From the NCBI GenBank assembly GCA_002269645.1, contig NIVC01002435.1, positions 86,492-150,491 of the forward strand: DNA of 64,000 bases. Direction: 5' to 3'. This DNA is from Macrostomum lignano (taxonomy: Eukaryota). Positions within the stretch are counted from its first letter, which is position 1. Every line of letters starts with the position of its first letter. Under the pieces are notes generated by a model. It searched no databases. It was not told the DNA's origin and saw nothing but the letters and a program-made list of their open reading frames with translations. Of this stretch, positions 48,568 to 61,030 are shown in pieces. A program made the translations under genes and the position numbers.

Positions 48568-48898
48568 GGCTATCCTGGAGAATTGTTCATTAAATTCGCT
48601 GTATGTACATTTTTTAGCTATTGACATAAAACTTTCTAAAAATGAATACTTTAATTATGCCAACATTTTAGAAGTGTTTAGAAGTGTCTACATTTCATAT
48701 TTGGAAAGTTCCATGGTTCCTAGAAAAACCTAGAAATTGCAATAAAATATAACTTACAACCCCCTGCACAAATTGAATTTTAATGTCAAAACACTTCTAA
48801 AATGTTGGCATAATGAAAGTATTCATTTTTGGCAAGTTTCACATCAATAGCTAAAATGTGCATACAGTGAATTTAATAAACAATTTGGTAGGATAGCC
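48568..48898. mobile_element. Foldback/MITE-like element with ~110-bp imperfect terminal inverted repeats
   Basis: GGCTATCCT...ATGAATACTTTAATTATGCCAACATTTTAGAAGTGTTT is mirrored by AAACACTTCTAAAATGTTGGCATAATGAAAGTATTCAT...AGGATAGCC; no clear TSD. Confidence 0.75.
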
Positions 48899-49339
48899 AA
48901 TTTTTAGCATACAATACATACTTAATACATTATTAGTTTAGCCTTTAGGGTCCTTTTAAATAATAATTTATAAGAAGACTATTCTATTGACTTGTATTAT
49001 TTTCCTAGACAAAGTTATGTAGAAGAATAGTTTGTAAGTCTCAACAAAATGGTTTGTATATATGATTAGTTACTAATTGAATATACTTTAAAGCATCAAT
49101 CCTAGGTTAGCCACGATATCAGATTGGCCCTATGTGGAACTATGGAGTTGGTGATATATAAGTTACTTTCAGGGCTGCAAATTGGCCAGAAGGATGACCT
49201 GATCAAAGCAATCAACAAATGGGCCACAGAATAAAACAACCATGAGAATACTATGTCCTACAAACTGGCTTTCAAAGCAGGGATTGGTAGATTTAAATTG
49301 TCTTTTACCTTAAAAGCTAGATAAAGAAGCTAGCTAATG

Positions 49340-49860
49340 GCTTCAGGGGCAGATGAGAGTAGAAAAAGGAATGAATTGACAATAAAAAGAGAGGAAAGGT
49401 AAGAGAAGGGATAAGAAAGAAAAATATAAGAGGATACAGGAGGGTAAAGAGAGAGGGCAGACAAGAAAGAAAGAGAAATGAAAAGGCAGTAGAAGAGAAA
49501 AGGAGATAAGAAAGATAAAAAAGAGTAGAAAGGAAAAAGAAGCAAGTAAACAGAGAAGAGAACAGATAAAAGAAAAGAAATTAAAGAGAAAAGATAATAA
49601 GGGAAAGAGAAAAGAGAAAACAGAGGAGATAGAAAGGACAAGAAAGAGAAAAGATAAAAGAGCTAAGTGAAGAAAGGAAAGATGAGAGAGCTAAGAGTCA
49701 AGATAAAAGATAAAAGAGCTAAAAGAAAAGAGGAAAAAGATGAGAGAGCAGAGGGTAAGAGGAAAGAGTTAAGAAAGAGTGGAGATGAGCAAGATAAGAG
49801 AGAAGAGTAGAGAAGACAAGAGAAAGGGAAAAAGAGAAAAGAAACAAAAGGAGATGGAAG
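49340..49860. repeat. Polypurine low-complexity (A/G-rich) tract
   Basis: Compositional. Confidence 0.85.
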
Positions 49861-50539
49861 TTTCAGAGCACCCAAGGTATATAGAGAGATGCAGAGGCAA
49901 AAGGCCAGAGTTTGTTAATACAGGCCTTAGACAGACATTGCTTGTCATTCTATGGTAATACCAACTAAGAAGATCAATGTACCCTCAAATCTTAAATTAC
50001 CACAAATTTACTCCAATTTTTATTTATCTTTCTTCTAACTATTAATACGTTTTTCTTAGAGTATGACTTCACATTTAAAAATATTGTTCCAGGGATTGAA
50101 CTCATTTAAAATCTGTAGGTTATAGCAGTTTGTTGAAGTATAAATGTAACAAATGAGTGATGTATATTTAGGTCCATATTGTTATGTTACATATCAGTCA
50201 GTCTTCTTTATTTTACTTGCTCAAAATGTGTGGGCACCCTGTTCCTAATAAGTAATTTATAAATGGCCTAAATATGCCTAGATCAATTATTATTTTTAGT
50301 TCAATCTAGATGTTAAGCTGATTAAAAGTCTAAAGATATAATATAAAAATGTAGGTCTAGGCAATGTGCCTAATCATTTTACTTTTAGAATGTTGGCCTA
50401 TAATTAGAAATAATAACTATAGGCCTAGCCCTAGCTAGGCCTTAAAAGTTTAATAAAAAGGAAGCTTCTACTCTATTACATAGATTAATACAATGACAAC
50501 AACAATATATATTTATTATTGCGGTAGAGAAGCACTCTT

Positions 50540-50749
50540 AACAGATAATAGTAAGACAAAACTCAATATTATTTGCGACGCGTTTCGGCTAAAACTAGCC
50601 ATCTTCAGGCACTATCGAACAGAATTTATTTCAACCTATTAAATACTGTGTAGACGACAAAATCAGGTATTGAAAAGATATAAAAGGACTAAAGGATCAA
50701 TGTACAGTATAGCAATGTTCATAATATTTTGTGGAATGACAGGACAGAG

Positions 50750-50792
<43 letters not shown>

Positions 50793-51400
50793 GCGTATGC
50801 GCCCCAAATGTACTCTAGCTTAGAACACCAACAGCTGTTCACTCGCACCTCCTCCAGATAGTTGGACATTGAGAGTGGGTTTGTGTAACTTAATGTGCAG
50901 AGCTTCAAGAATGTTAAGTTTATGCTCATTTTTGCTGTTGTCTATGACCTTGAAATGAGAGGTTATGTCTGGCTCATCACAACAACCATGGCATTGTAGC
51001 AAATGTTCATGAATCGGAGAGTTTCGTTGCCTATGTTCCTTGGCTCTCGTGAGAAGGTGTCGCTTGGTTTTACCAATGTAGGTAATGCTCTGGTCAACAG
51101 AGCAACGAAAACAATAGATGACACCTGCCTTGAGAGCACATGGAACACGAGACTTTAAACTCCCAACAAATTGACTGACTTTATGAGTACGGAACACTAC
51201 ATGAATCTTAGTCTTAAAGAATTTTTGGCAAGTTTTGCGAATTTGCCTCTTAAACACAATCGAAGAGTTGCCCAAAAAAGGAAGAGTCAAGATTGGTTCT
51301 CCTGGTTCTCTATCTGGCCGCTTAGGTTTAACCTTTTTTTTCAATTTTTTCATCTAATAAATATAATAAATATATTTATTAGCCAGTCAAACAAGTTAAA
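50540..51400 (-). mobile_element. Penelope-like retroelement 3' part with an intact GIY-YIG endonuclease domain (ORF 51353-50820)
   Basis: LTLPFLG...GVIYCFRCS...YIGKTKRHLLTRAKEH...HEH...ILEALHIKLHKPTLNVQ, followed by a pLTR-type hammerhead motif. Confidence 0.9.
50571..50614 (-). ncRNA. Minimal type I hammerhead ribozyme of the Penelope-like element
   Basis: Minus strand TGC-CTGAAGA-T-GGCTA GTTT TAGCC-GAAA-CGCGTC-GCA: CUGANGA and GAAA cores, 5-bp stem II, short palindromic stem III, GUC cleavage triplet, 3-bp stem I. Confidence 0.85.
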
Positions 51401-51994
51401 GTCAAATATAATTATTATAAGATATATTTGAAGGCCTAGAATCAATATAAATAGTCTATATTAGACTACACTGCTAGCAATGTCTAGGGTGCTGGTATCA
51501 GCTAGCAGGCAGCTAATAATTAATAAAGCAAGCACCAAGATAGAGCCTATCTTTCCCAGTACATTATTATTTATTAGATAATCTAGATTAATATTATGTT
51601 ATAAAATAGGCCTAATAGTAACTATTATTATTATTAGGCCTAATAGAAGGTTTAGTATAATAATAATATAGGTTAGACCTATTCATCACCTTCATTAATA
51701 TAATTGCCATAAATTATAAAAGCATATGATAATAAGAATATAAGTGTCTTGATTATAGCTTATAGAGACTATTAAAATAGGCTTTAACCTAAATGCTAAG
51801 GGGTGCCTTTATTTATTTACAACTACTTCACTTCAGTTGCTAAGCATTTTTGGTATTTCCATAAGCTTAAAAATCAAATATATATATATTTCAATATTTA
51901 ATTATTAATAATTAGGCCTAATTATTATAATTATACATCTTTATAAATAGAGTAACTATTGTACCATAATTATATAACTCAAAAGATTAACTAT

Positions 51995-52570
51995 TAAATA
52001 AATATTTTAGTGCATGCCTGCCTCTGCTGATAAGGTGCCTGCAACATTAGCAATAGCATATTTTGTACTGGTTCTGGGTAGTACAACTTGGCACAGATGA
52101 TGTGGACTACCAGCTGGAGTTGCTGATGGTGCAGCAGTTTGCTTGGATAGACCCAGACTAGTGTGGTAATACAAAGCTGCATTGGTCACTTGCTCATAGC
52201 CAATCTTGAAGGTGGCATATAGTAGGCCAGTGTGCACCAAATCAACTTGTTGCTTGAGCAACTCTATCAGTGTCCAGGTCTCAGCATTGTATAGCAGGAT
52301 GGTCTCAACATTGCCTAGAACAATGCCACCCTCTGGTGGTCAAGTAAGGCCTTGGACTGTAGGACTGCCCTCACAGACCAAAAGGCAGCCCAGGCAAGCC
52401 CGTGGCAATGTTGCACCTCATAGACACTGGGAACCAGACTGCCGAGATAGACAAACTGCTGACAATGCAGTCACCTGTCCATCAGCGCCTTGGCACTAAA
52501 TTGCTGCCTCAATGTCGTCTGGCATGCAGAACACAAATGTCTTTTGTATGTTGACCACCAGGTATGTTTG
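51995..52570 (-). mobile_element. Degenerate LINE reverse-transcriptase 3' region (RTE/L2-like)
   Basis: LVVNIQKT; ETILLYNAETWTL; QQLQLVVHII...PEPVQNMLLL; contains stops and frameshifts. Confidence 0.72.
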
Positions 52571-52575
52571 CCTCA

Positions 52576-52652
52576 ATAAGACAGTCATAGTTACTCCTGC
52601 CGTTTACCCAAAGTTGTGTCAATTTTGCTTTAGGATTTTTTTTACATGTAAG
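52576..52652 (-). other. Second copy of the 28S helix-69-like repeat core
   Basis: 37 nt (52576-52612) are identical to 22337-22373, and a further ~40 nt are similar to 22374-22415. Confidence 0.9.
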
Positions 52653-53536
52653 TCGCATTTTTGGCCAAAAACTAATTCGCACGGCTGACCAAATTTTGGA
52701 GGTTGCGCATGTATGTTGGAAGAGCAGTCTGCAGCACCCAGTCAAGCACCAGAATGAATAGTTACCAAGGTTTATAATGGCGTCCATAATAATCCTGAAG
52801 ACTATCACTAAAGTTATGATAAGGCTATTTCCTTTACTATAGTTTACTCTTATTGCTGGCACCAAGCTGTTACAATGGCAAATTAGGTGAATTTCTCAGA
52901 TCCTATATCTGGATATCCTTACCCTTTGATAGGAATTCTGCCTTCTAAGGCGATTTCTCTTAGATTTTAAATCTGGAGGTCTCATTCTCTGAGAATAGAG
53001 TGAATTCTCCCAATCTTGGGGCTTTCAATGCTCCTAAATAACCAAGACAGAAGTATTGCTTAAGCTTTTTAATGTAGAAGCAAATAAAAGAACAGGTTGA
53101 CTCCTCTTCTACTGGCTACTCATGTTTTGATCGGCTTTCCTTGCTGTGATTTAAACCAAGAAAATTTTACAATATTTATAATATTCCTAATATTATAATG
53201 TTTGAACGAATTAGCATATTTTTAAAACAATACTTTCTAAGAAAGCATTTTTAAATAAGGCCTATTTCATATAGATAAATAAGTATCTATATATAGCAAA
53301 GACAAGCAGGGCTTGTTATGTTTGGTACAATTTTATACTTTAAAAAATATATTCATTTAAAAACTGTGAAAAGCAAGAAAGCATGCATTTTACAAGGCCT
53401 TGTGGATTTTATTGGACTAGAAATTCTCAGAAAGTATAGTTTTTGAATTTCCTATTAAATTTCATATAGATTTTAAAGACTATTGAGTATTCTACTGTAG
53501 AACTTCTGCTCAATTGAGTCAACCCAAATATCTCAG

Positions 53537-56500
53537 GCATTTGCTGGCTCCAGCAGCGAGCAGCCGCCACCCAATCGGCAGCGCTGGTGGTGCAGCCTGT
53601 GCAACTGCGGCACCAGCAAAGGCTCCAAATTGGCCAACCACCTCACCGACCAGGAGCACACCTTGCAGCTGCTCACAGCTGGTGTCGGCTTCGCCCGCTC
53701 CGACCTGCTGCTGACTTGCGGCGTCCAGTCTGGGGATTCGCTGCGCAGGTGGAACAAGTACATCATTGGCCGGACCCTGCTGGACAAGGCTGCTGGTGCC
53801 TGGTGCCTGCAGGCCGGCCTCCTGTCTGAGCAGCAGTGGATGAGCATGCTCAACTCTGTTAACAATGCGGTTGAGCAGTCTGGCGGCTGGATGAAGCCGC
53901 TCTACATTCAGTTGTCTAACGATGACGTCTTCGCAGCCTCCGCGGCGGCTGCCGCCTCTCTTGAGCCGGCGCCATTCCTGCTTGTGCACAGCCTGCACTG
54001 CTCCATTAAGGATCTTACCAGACTGGTGTCCGACCTGGGCCCCGAGGCCAAGAAGCCCGTCTTCCTCGGCAGCACGGCGAGCTGCTGCGCTCTTGTGCCG
54101 CTCGAGCGCCAGCCGCCACGCGCCGCCACGCGCCTGGCGTTTGACGCCGCAGTCGGCGCCATCAAAGCCAGCAACAGCTTTAGCGGCTCAGCGGAACCGC
54201 TGCTCAACTTCCTCTGGCTGGAGGCCGGCCCTCCCGTCCGGCTCGGCCGCGACCCCGGCCAGCGCCTGGACCTGGACCCGCCCAGCTTGGCCGCTGCGGC
54301 CGCCTCCGCCGCTGCCGGGCCCGCAGGCCTCAGCCTTGGCGTCTTCTGCGACATGACTGTGCCAGAGGAGATCGATTTTGGTGAGCGGCTGCCTTCTTCA
54401 TTACACTGCCCCTCCGCCACTCAGCTCACACTGCTGTCACTCAGCTCACACTGCTGTCAGTCAGCTCACACTGTTGTCACTCAGCTCACACTGCTGTCAC
54501 TCAGCTCACACTGCTGTCACTCAGCTCACACTGTTGTCAGTCAGCTCACACTGCTGCCACTCAGCTCACACTGTTGTCAGTCAGCTCACACTGCTGTCAC
54601 TCAGCTCACACTGTTGTCACTCAGCTCACACTGTTGTCACTCAGCTCACACTGCTGTCACTCAGCTCACACTGTTGTCACTCAGCTCACACTGCTGTCAC
54701 TCAGCTCACACTGTTGTCAGTCAGCTCACACTGCTGTCAGTCAGCTCACACTGCTGTCACTCAGCTCACACTGTTGTCAGTCGGCTCACACTGCTGTCAG
54801 TCAGCTCACACTGCTGTCACTCAGCTCACACTGCTGTCCCTTCGCACTGACAGACGAGCCCAGCGAAGCCGCCATCAACAGCACCGACAGCTTCTACAAC
54901 GACGCAGACGATGCGGCAGACGACCCAGAGATCCGGAACGGCCAGGCGCCTGCTGCTGCCGACGGGGCCTCGGGCAGCGGTGGCCCAGCCGAGAAGCGGC
55001 GTCGTCGGGACTCGCGAGTGACCTGCGGCTTTAGCGTGGTCGGACCGGACAGCCTGCCGCGGGTCTGGCGTCTCACCGGCTTCAAGCTGACGGCCAGAGC
55101 TGACGACATCGAGCTGGCCTTGCGGCGCCGCGTTTCTTTCCAGTTTGATCAGGTCTGGCTTTGCCGCTGACTGTGTTGCCTGCTGCTGACTGTGTTCCCT
55201 GCTGCTGACTGTGTTCCCTGCTGCTGACTGTGTTCCCTGCTGCTGACTGTGTGTTCCCTGCTGCTGACTGTGTTCCCTGCTGCTGACTGTGTGTTCCCTG
55301 CTGCTGACTGTGTGTTCCCTGCTGCTGACTGTGTGTTCCCTGCTGCTGACTGTGTGTTCCCTGCTGCTGACTGTGTGTTCCCTGCTGCTGACTGTGTGTT
55401 CCCTGCTGCTGACTGTGTGTTCCCTGCTGCTGACTCTGTGTTCCCTGCTGCTGACTGTGTTCCCTGCTGCTGACTGTGTGTTCCCTGCTGCTGACTGTGT
55501 TGCCTGCTGCTGACTGTGTTCCCTGCTGCTGACTGTGTTGCCTGCTGCTGACTGTGTTCCCTGCTGCTGACTGTGTTGCCTGCTGCTGACTGTGTTTCCT
55601 GCTGCTGACTGTGTTTCCTGCTGCTGACACAGGCCTGCCATTGCAAAGCCAGTGAGAGCTGACACAGCCTGCCACTGCCATTGCAAAGCCAATGAGAGCT
55701 GACACAGCCTGCCATTGCAAAGCCAGTGAGAGCTGACACAGCCTGCCATTGCAAAGCCAGTGAGAGCTGACACAGGCCTGCCATTGCAAAGCCAGTGAGA
55801 GCTGACACAGCCTGCCATTGCAAAGCCAGTGAGAGCTGACACAGGCCTGCCATTGCAAAGCCAGTGAGAGCTGACACAGGCCTGCCATTGCAAAGCCAGT
55901 GAGAGCTGACACAGGCCTGCCATTGCAAAGCCAGTGAGAGCTGACACAGGCCTGCCATTGCAAAGCCAGTGAGAGCTGACACAGGCCTGCCATTGCAAAG
56001 CCAGTGAGAGCTGACACAGGCCTGCCATTGCAAAGCCAGTGAGAGCTGACACAGGCCTGCCATTGCAAAGCCAGTGAGAGCTGACACAGGCCTGCCATTG
56101 CAAAGCCAGTGAGAGCTGACACAGGCCTGCCATTGCAAAGCCAGTGAGAGCTGACACAGGCCTGCCATTGCAAAGCCAGTGAGAGCTGACACAGGCCTGC
56201 CATTGCAAAGCCAGTGAGAGCTGACACAGGCCTGCCATTGCAAAGACAGTGAGAGCTGACACAGGCCTGCCATTGCAAAGCCAGTGAGAGCTGACACAGG
56301 CCTGCCATTGCAAAGCCAGTGAGAGCTGACACAGGCCTGCCATTGCAAAGCCAGTGAGAGCTGACACAGGCCTGCCATTGCAAAGCCAGTGAGAGCTGAC
56401 ACAGGCCTGCCATTGCAAAGCCAGTGAGAGCTGACACAGGCCTGCCATTGCAAAGCCAGTGAGAGCTGACACAGGCCTGCCATTGCAAAGCCAGTGAGAG

Positions 56501-59080
56501 CTGACACAGGCCTGCCATTGCAAAGCCAGTGAGAGCTGACACAGGCCTGCCATTGCAAAGCCAGTGAGAGCTGACACAGGCCTGCCATTGCAAAGCCAGT
56601 GAGAGCTGACACAGGCCTGCCATTGCAAAGCCAGTGAGAGCTGACACAGGCCTGCCATTGCAAAGCCAGTGAGAGCTGACACAGGATTGCCATTGCAAAG
56701 CCAGTGAGAGCTGACACAGGCCTGCCATTGCAAAGCCAGTGAGAGCTGACACAGCCTGCCATTGCAAAGCCAGTGAGAGCTGACACAGCACACAGGCCTG
56801 CCATTGCAAAGCCAGTGAGAGCTGACACAGGCCTGCCATTGCAAAGCCAGTGAGAGCTGACACAGGCCTGCCATTGCAAAGCCAGTGAGAGCTGACACAG
56901 GCCTGCCATTGCAAAGCCAGTGAGAGCTGACACAGGCCTGCCATTGCAAAGCCAGTGAGAGCTGACACAGGATTGCCATTGCAAAGCCAGTGAGAGCTGA
57001 CGCAGTCACGGCCACCCGCCGGTTTCAGGTGATCAGCTACTCTGACTGCTCAATGTCGGACAGAAGCTTTGCCGGGGTGCCGAAGTCCAACCTGCCCAAA
57101 GACCCGAACTGCCGGGCCGCCCTGCTGACTGAGAGCTCCGGCCTGCCCGCCGAGGCTGCCCAATCCGCCCTGCTCTGCGCCGCTCAACAACCGGAAGTTC
57201 AGCTGCTGTGCGATCGAAAGCTCGAAATTTCAACTTCCAGCCGCCGCGACCGGCCGGACTGGCTGCCGCTGGGGTTTGGCGACGGCCTGTCCAGCAGGAG
57301 CCAGTTCCTCGTGCTGGCCGACTTTGCCCCGGCACTGCCCTGCACACAGGAAGTCGCCTTAAAGCAACTGCGGAGTCTGCTGCCCCTGGCGCGGAGCTTT
57401 CATCTGCCGGGTGAAACTGTGGGGCACAGTAGCAGGCATCCGTCCAATGGGTGAGTTTTTAGGAAATGACATTTGAGGGTCAGTTTTATAGCTTTTCACT
57501 TACAGTTTGGCATGCTCAATCGAGATCTGGATTTGCATTTGCTCTGAGTGGGGAAGATTCTGGACTCGGAGATCGGGATGGGGAAGATTCTGAACTCGGA
57601 GATCTGGATTTGCATTGGCTCTGAGTAGGGAAGATTCTGGACTCGGAGATCGGGATGGGGAAGATTCTGGACTCGGAGATCAGGATGGGGAAGATTCTGG
57701 ACTCGGAGATCAGGATGGGGAAGATTCTGGACTCGGAAATCGGGATGGGGAAGATTCCTGACTCGGAAATCGGGATGGGGAAGATTCTGGACTCGGAAAT
57801 CGGGATGGGGAAGATTCTGGACTCGGAAATCGGGATGGGGAAGATTCCTGACTCGGAAATCGGGATGAGGAAGACTCTAGACTTGGAAATCGGGATGGGG
57901 AAGATTCTGGACTCGGAAATCGGGATGGGGAAGAGTCTGGACTCGGAGATGGGATGGGGAAGATTCTGGACTCGGAGATCTGGATTTGAATTGGTTCTGA
58001 GTGGGGAAGATTCTGGACTCGGAGATCGGGATGGGGAAGATTCTGGACTCGGATATCAGGATGGGGAAGATTCTGGACTCGGAAATCGGGATGGGGAAGA
58101 TTCCTGACTCGGAAATCGGGATGGGGAAGATTCTGGACTCGGAAATCGGGATGGGGAGGATTCTGGACTCGGAAATCGGGATGGGGAAGATTCCTGACTC
58201 GGAAATCGGGATGAGGAAGACTCTAGACTTGGAAATCGGGATGGGGAAGATTCTGGACTCGGAGATCTGGATTTGCATTGGCTCTGAGTGGGGAAGATTC
58301 TGGACTCGGAGATCGGGATGGGGAAGATTCTGGACTCGGAGATCTGGATTTGCATTGGCTCTGAGTGGGGAAGATTCTGGACTCGGAGATCGGGATGGGG
58401 AAGATTCTGGACTCGGAACTCGGGATGGGGAAGTATCTGATGTTGGAATTCGGGATGAGGAAGATTCTGGACTCGGAACTCGGGATGGGGAAGATTCCTG
58501 ACTCGGAAATCAGGACTGAGAAACTTGGACAGTAAGCCATTGCGTATTAAAAGTCAGTTTAGAAATGGAGAATCCGCAGCTTTTATTCCTGATTGAAGCC
58601 GCTCTCCTCTCCAGCCGCAAATTGGTCAGCGTTTTGGCCATCGCCCGGTTCGACCGGCACGAGGACTGCGCCAAGTCGCTGGGCCTCGTCACCGCCGAGG
58701 GCATCAGCAAGTCCAGCTCCCAGCAGCTGCTCTGCCGCTTCGCCGCCATGCCGCAGCACGCGACCCTTGGGCCGCTCCGGCTGCCGGTGCACAACTGCGT
58801 CATCTGGACCCGGCTCGGCGAATCCTCCGCCGGCTCCGTCGCTGGCGATACCTTGACGATGGACGGGGCGCCCTTCGTCTGCGAATGCCACACTGGCGGC
58901 CGCTACTGTCACGCCGCTACCAGCTTCCGCCGCTGCGTCGACGCCGCCTCCGACATGGCGCAGCGACTGCCGCGAGACGCTTCGCCCGAGGAGGCCAGGC
59001 GGATCGCCCTGCAGTGCCTGAAGCCGCTGCTGTCCAGCAGATCGGCGCCTTGGGAGAGGGACCTGGCAGCTTACAGATAG
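53537..59080 (+). CDS. Uncharacterised multi-exon protein with an N-terminal matrin/U1-type C2H2 zinc finger; exons 53537-54380, 54854-55152, 57029-57450, 58615-59080; start exon not located
   Basis: WWCSLCNCGTSKGSKLANHLTDQEH zinc finger. Three GT-AG introns with matching phases (1, 0, 2) give one continuous frame; exon-like codon usage. Confidence 0.72.
54418..54838. repeat. 20-bp minisatellite TCAGCTCACACTGCTGTCAC
   Basis: Tandem copies in an intron. Confidence 0.95.
55166..57000. repeat. Compound intronic array: 19/21-bp CCTGCTGCTGACTGTGT(GT)TC (to ~55628), then 35-bp CCAGTGAGAGCTGACACAGGCCTGCCATTGCAAAG (about 39 copies)
   Basis: Tandem copies; explains three spurious 600-700-aa minus-strand ORFs. 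Confidence 0.96.
57520..58512. repeat. ~30-bp minisatellite GGGAAGATTCTGGACTCGGA(G/A)ATCGGGATG with interspersed longer variants
   Basis: Tandem copies in an intron. Confidence 0.94.
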
Positions 59081-59084
59081 GACT

Positions 59085-59242
59085 GGCCTGTCCGTGTCTG
59101 CCTGCCCATGTCTGCCTGCCCGTGTCTGCCTGCCCGTGTCTGCCTGCCCGTGTCTGCCTGTCCGTGTCTGCCTGCCCGTGTCTGCCTGCCCGTGTCTGCC
59201 TGCCCATGTCTGCCTGCCCGTGTCTGCCTGCCCGTGTCTGCC

Positions 59243-59317
<75 letters not shown>

Positions 59318-59480
59318 GTCTACCTGCCTGCCTGTCTGTCTGCCAGTGTCTGTCTGTCGTCTGTCTGTCTGTCGTCTGCCTGCCTGTCTGTCTGCCAGTG
59401 TCTGTTTTTCTGTCTGTCTGCCAGTGTGTCTGCCTGTCTCTCTGCCAGTGTCTGTCTGTCCGCCCGCGTGTCTGCCCATG
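59085..59480. repeat. (TCTG/CCTG)-derived microsatellite mosaic
   Basis: Visible simple repeat directly after the stop codon. Confidence 0.92.
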
Positions 59481-60045
59481 TCTGTGTCTGCACCTTTTCC
59501 GTATTAACTACCAGCGGCAGTGAGTGCAGTTGGCTCTGTAAATTAGATTTCTACTTACCCTGAACAAAAATTCCTTAGCGTGTTTTCAATGCCTGACCGC
59601 TCCTATTTTTACTTGAGTGCATTTTGATGCTCAGTTTTTGTCAATTGCAGTTGTGAGCAATACTGTTACTGTTGTATTGAGATGCTATGATAGCTCTGGC
59701 CAGTTGTTGGTATGTAGAGTTTAATACAATTTGGCTGCATTTGCTGCTAATAAGCAGGGGCTGTTTCCTGCCCCTGTCTGTACAGTAATGTGTAAAAGTA
59801 CCCTCTGAACCAATCGGATAACATATTTGAAATTCATATTCGGCAATTTATTATTTTATATTTGTACGAGAACTTGTGCCTCAATGACAATGAGTAATAT
59901 AAATGACAATTGAAGATTGTATTAGCGCGAAGAATACTACTTGCAGCTGTACCGCTGGTCCACAAGTAGTATAGTGCGGGTATCAGTGACAATTATAAAA
60001 TGTGTTGGCAACAAATTTGAATAGGAAATTCCTGTTAAGGCGAGC

Positions 60046-61030
60046 CTACAGAATTCGAAAGTCTCGGCGATCAGTTGCGAAATGTAGGCCGCCTGATTTC
60101 CTGTAATATCGAATGTTCGAAACTGCGGTGCAAGCTGGGGCAGTGACTGGGCTGGGGAGAATGCTCTGTACATGGCGATCGGTAATTTTCACGATTGGGG
60201 CTGTGTCTGTGGTGAGTAGAGGCCTCGCTTGAGTGACTCGGTGGGGGTCTCAAGGGAGAACACGGTGCAGCATGGGATGCAGCTAAGCATCCTACGGCTC
60301 AGTATCCCACAGCTCAGCATCCCGCTATTCAGCATCCCACAACTCAGCATCCTGCTATTTAGTATCCCACAACTCAGCATCCCGCTATTCAGCATCCTGC
60401 TATTCAGCATCCCACAGCTCAGCATCCCGCTATTCAGCATCCCACAGCTCAGCATCCCGCTATTCAGCATCCCACAGCTCAGCATCCCGCTATTCAGCAT
60501 CCCGCTATTCAGTATCCCACAGCTCAGCATCCGTCTATTCAGCATCCCACAGCTCAGCATCCCGATATTCAGTATCCCAAGCGCCGCACCACGGCAGCGT
60601 GAGTCACGAGCCACTGGCGCCGCTTGCGGCAGCCGGCCTCCAGCCAGCCCGTCATGCTGTAGCCCTGTCGAAAGTCCGCGTCGGTGACCCGAGTTGTCAG
60701 GCAGAGGAAGAAGTCGCGCTGCTTCCTCTGCTCCGGCGGCTGCGGCTCCTTCGGCTTGGGAAAGCGGCCCAGCACGGCCATGAAGCCGTCGCTGGAGTGG
60801 CTGACGGTGGCCCAGCCGCGGCGGCGCCGCCTGCCTCCGCTGAACTCCGTGACGCGGCACAGGCGGCCGGTGAAGAAGCAGGGGAATTCGACCAGCCAAT
60901 GACAGCTGAGCGCCGGGCAGCCGAGGCCCTCCTCCTGGTGCAGCGTCACTCTGATTGGCGCGCCGCCCTCGTAGCCAATCAGCTTCTTGCACTTGGCGCC
61001 GACGTTCTCGTAGTAGAAAAGCTGCACCAT
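60046..61030 (-). CDS. Uncharacterised ~200-aa protein; exons 61030-~60590 and probably 60206-60046; probable non-coding exon ~61378-61317
   Basis: Complex GC3-rich ORF MVQLFYYENVGAKCKKL...SDGFMAVLGRFP...RDFFLCLTTRVTDADFRQGYSMTGWLE; acceptors at 61039 and 60207. Joining exon 2 (TAPIVKITDRH...RDFRIL) needs one extra G at the donor. Confidence 0.55.
60285..60578. repeat. 15-bp minisatellite TCAGCATCCCACAGC / TCAGCATCCCGCTAT
   Basis: Tandem copies in a predicted intron. Confidence 0.93.

Noticed and set aside
52500-52580. Group I intron inserted at the L1925-like site
   Set aside because: The downstream sequence is a LINE RT remnant; no P1/IGS or P7 core was recognised.
54826-57015. Three 600-730-aa minus-strand ORFs (also the repeat ORFs at 17682-18566, 18919-19798, 40692-42227, 57655-58501, 62248-63262)
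   Set aside because: They are periodic translations of tandem repeats lying in introns or spacers.
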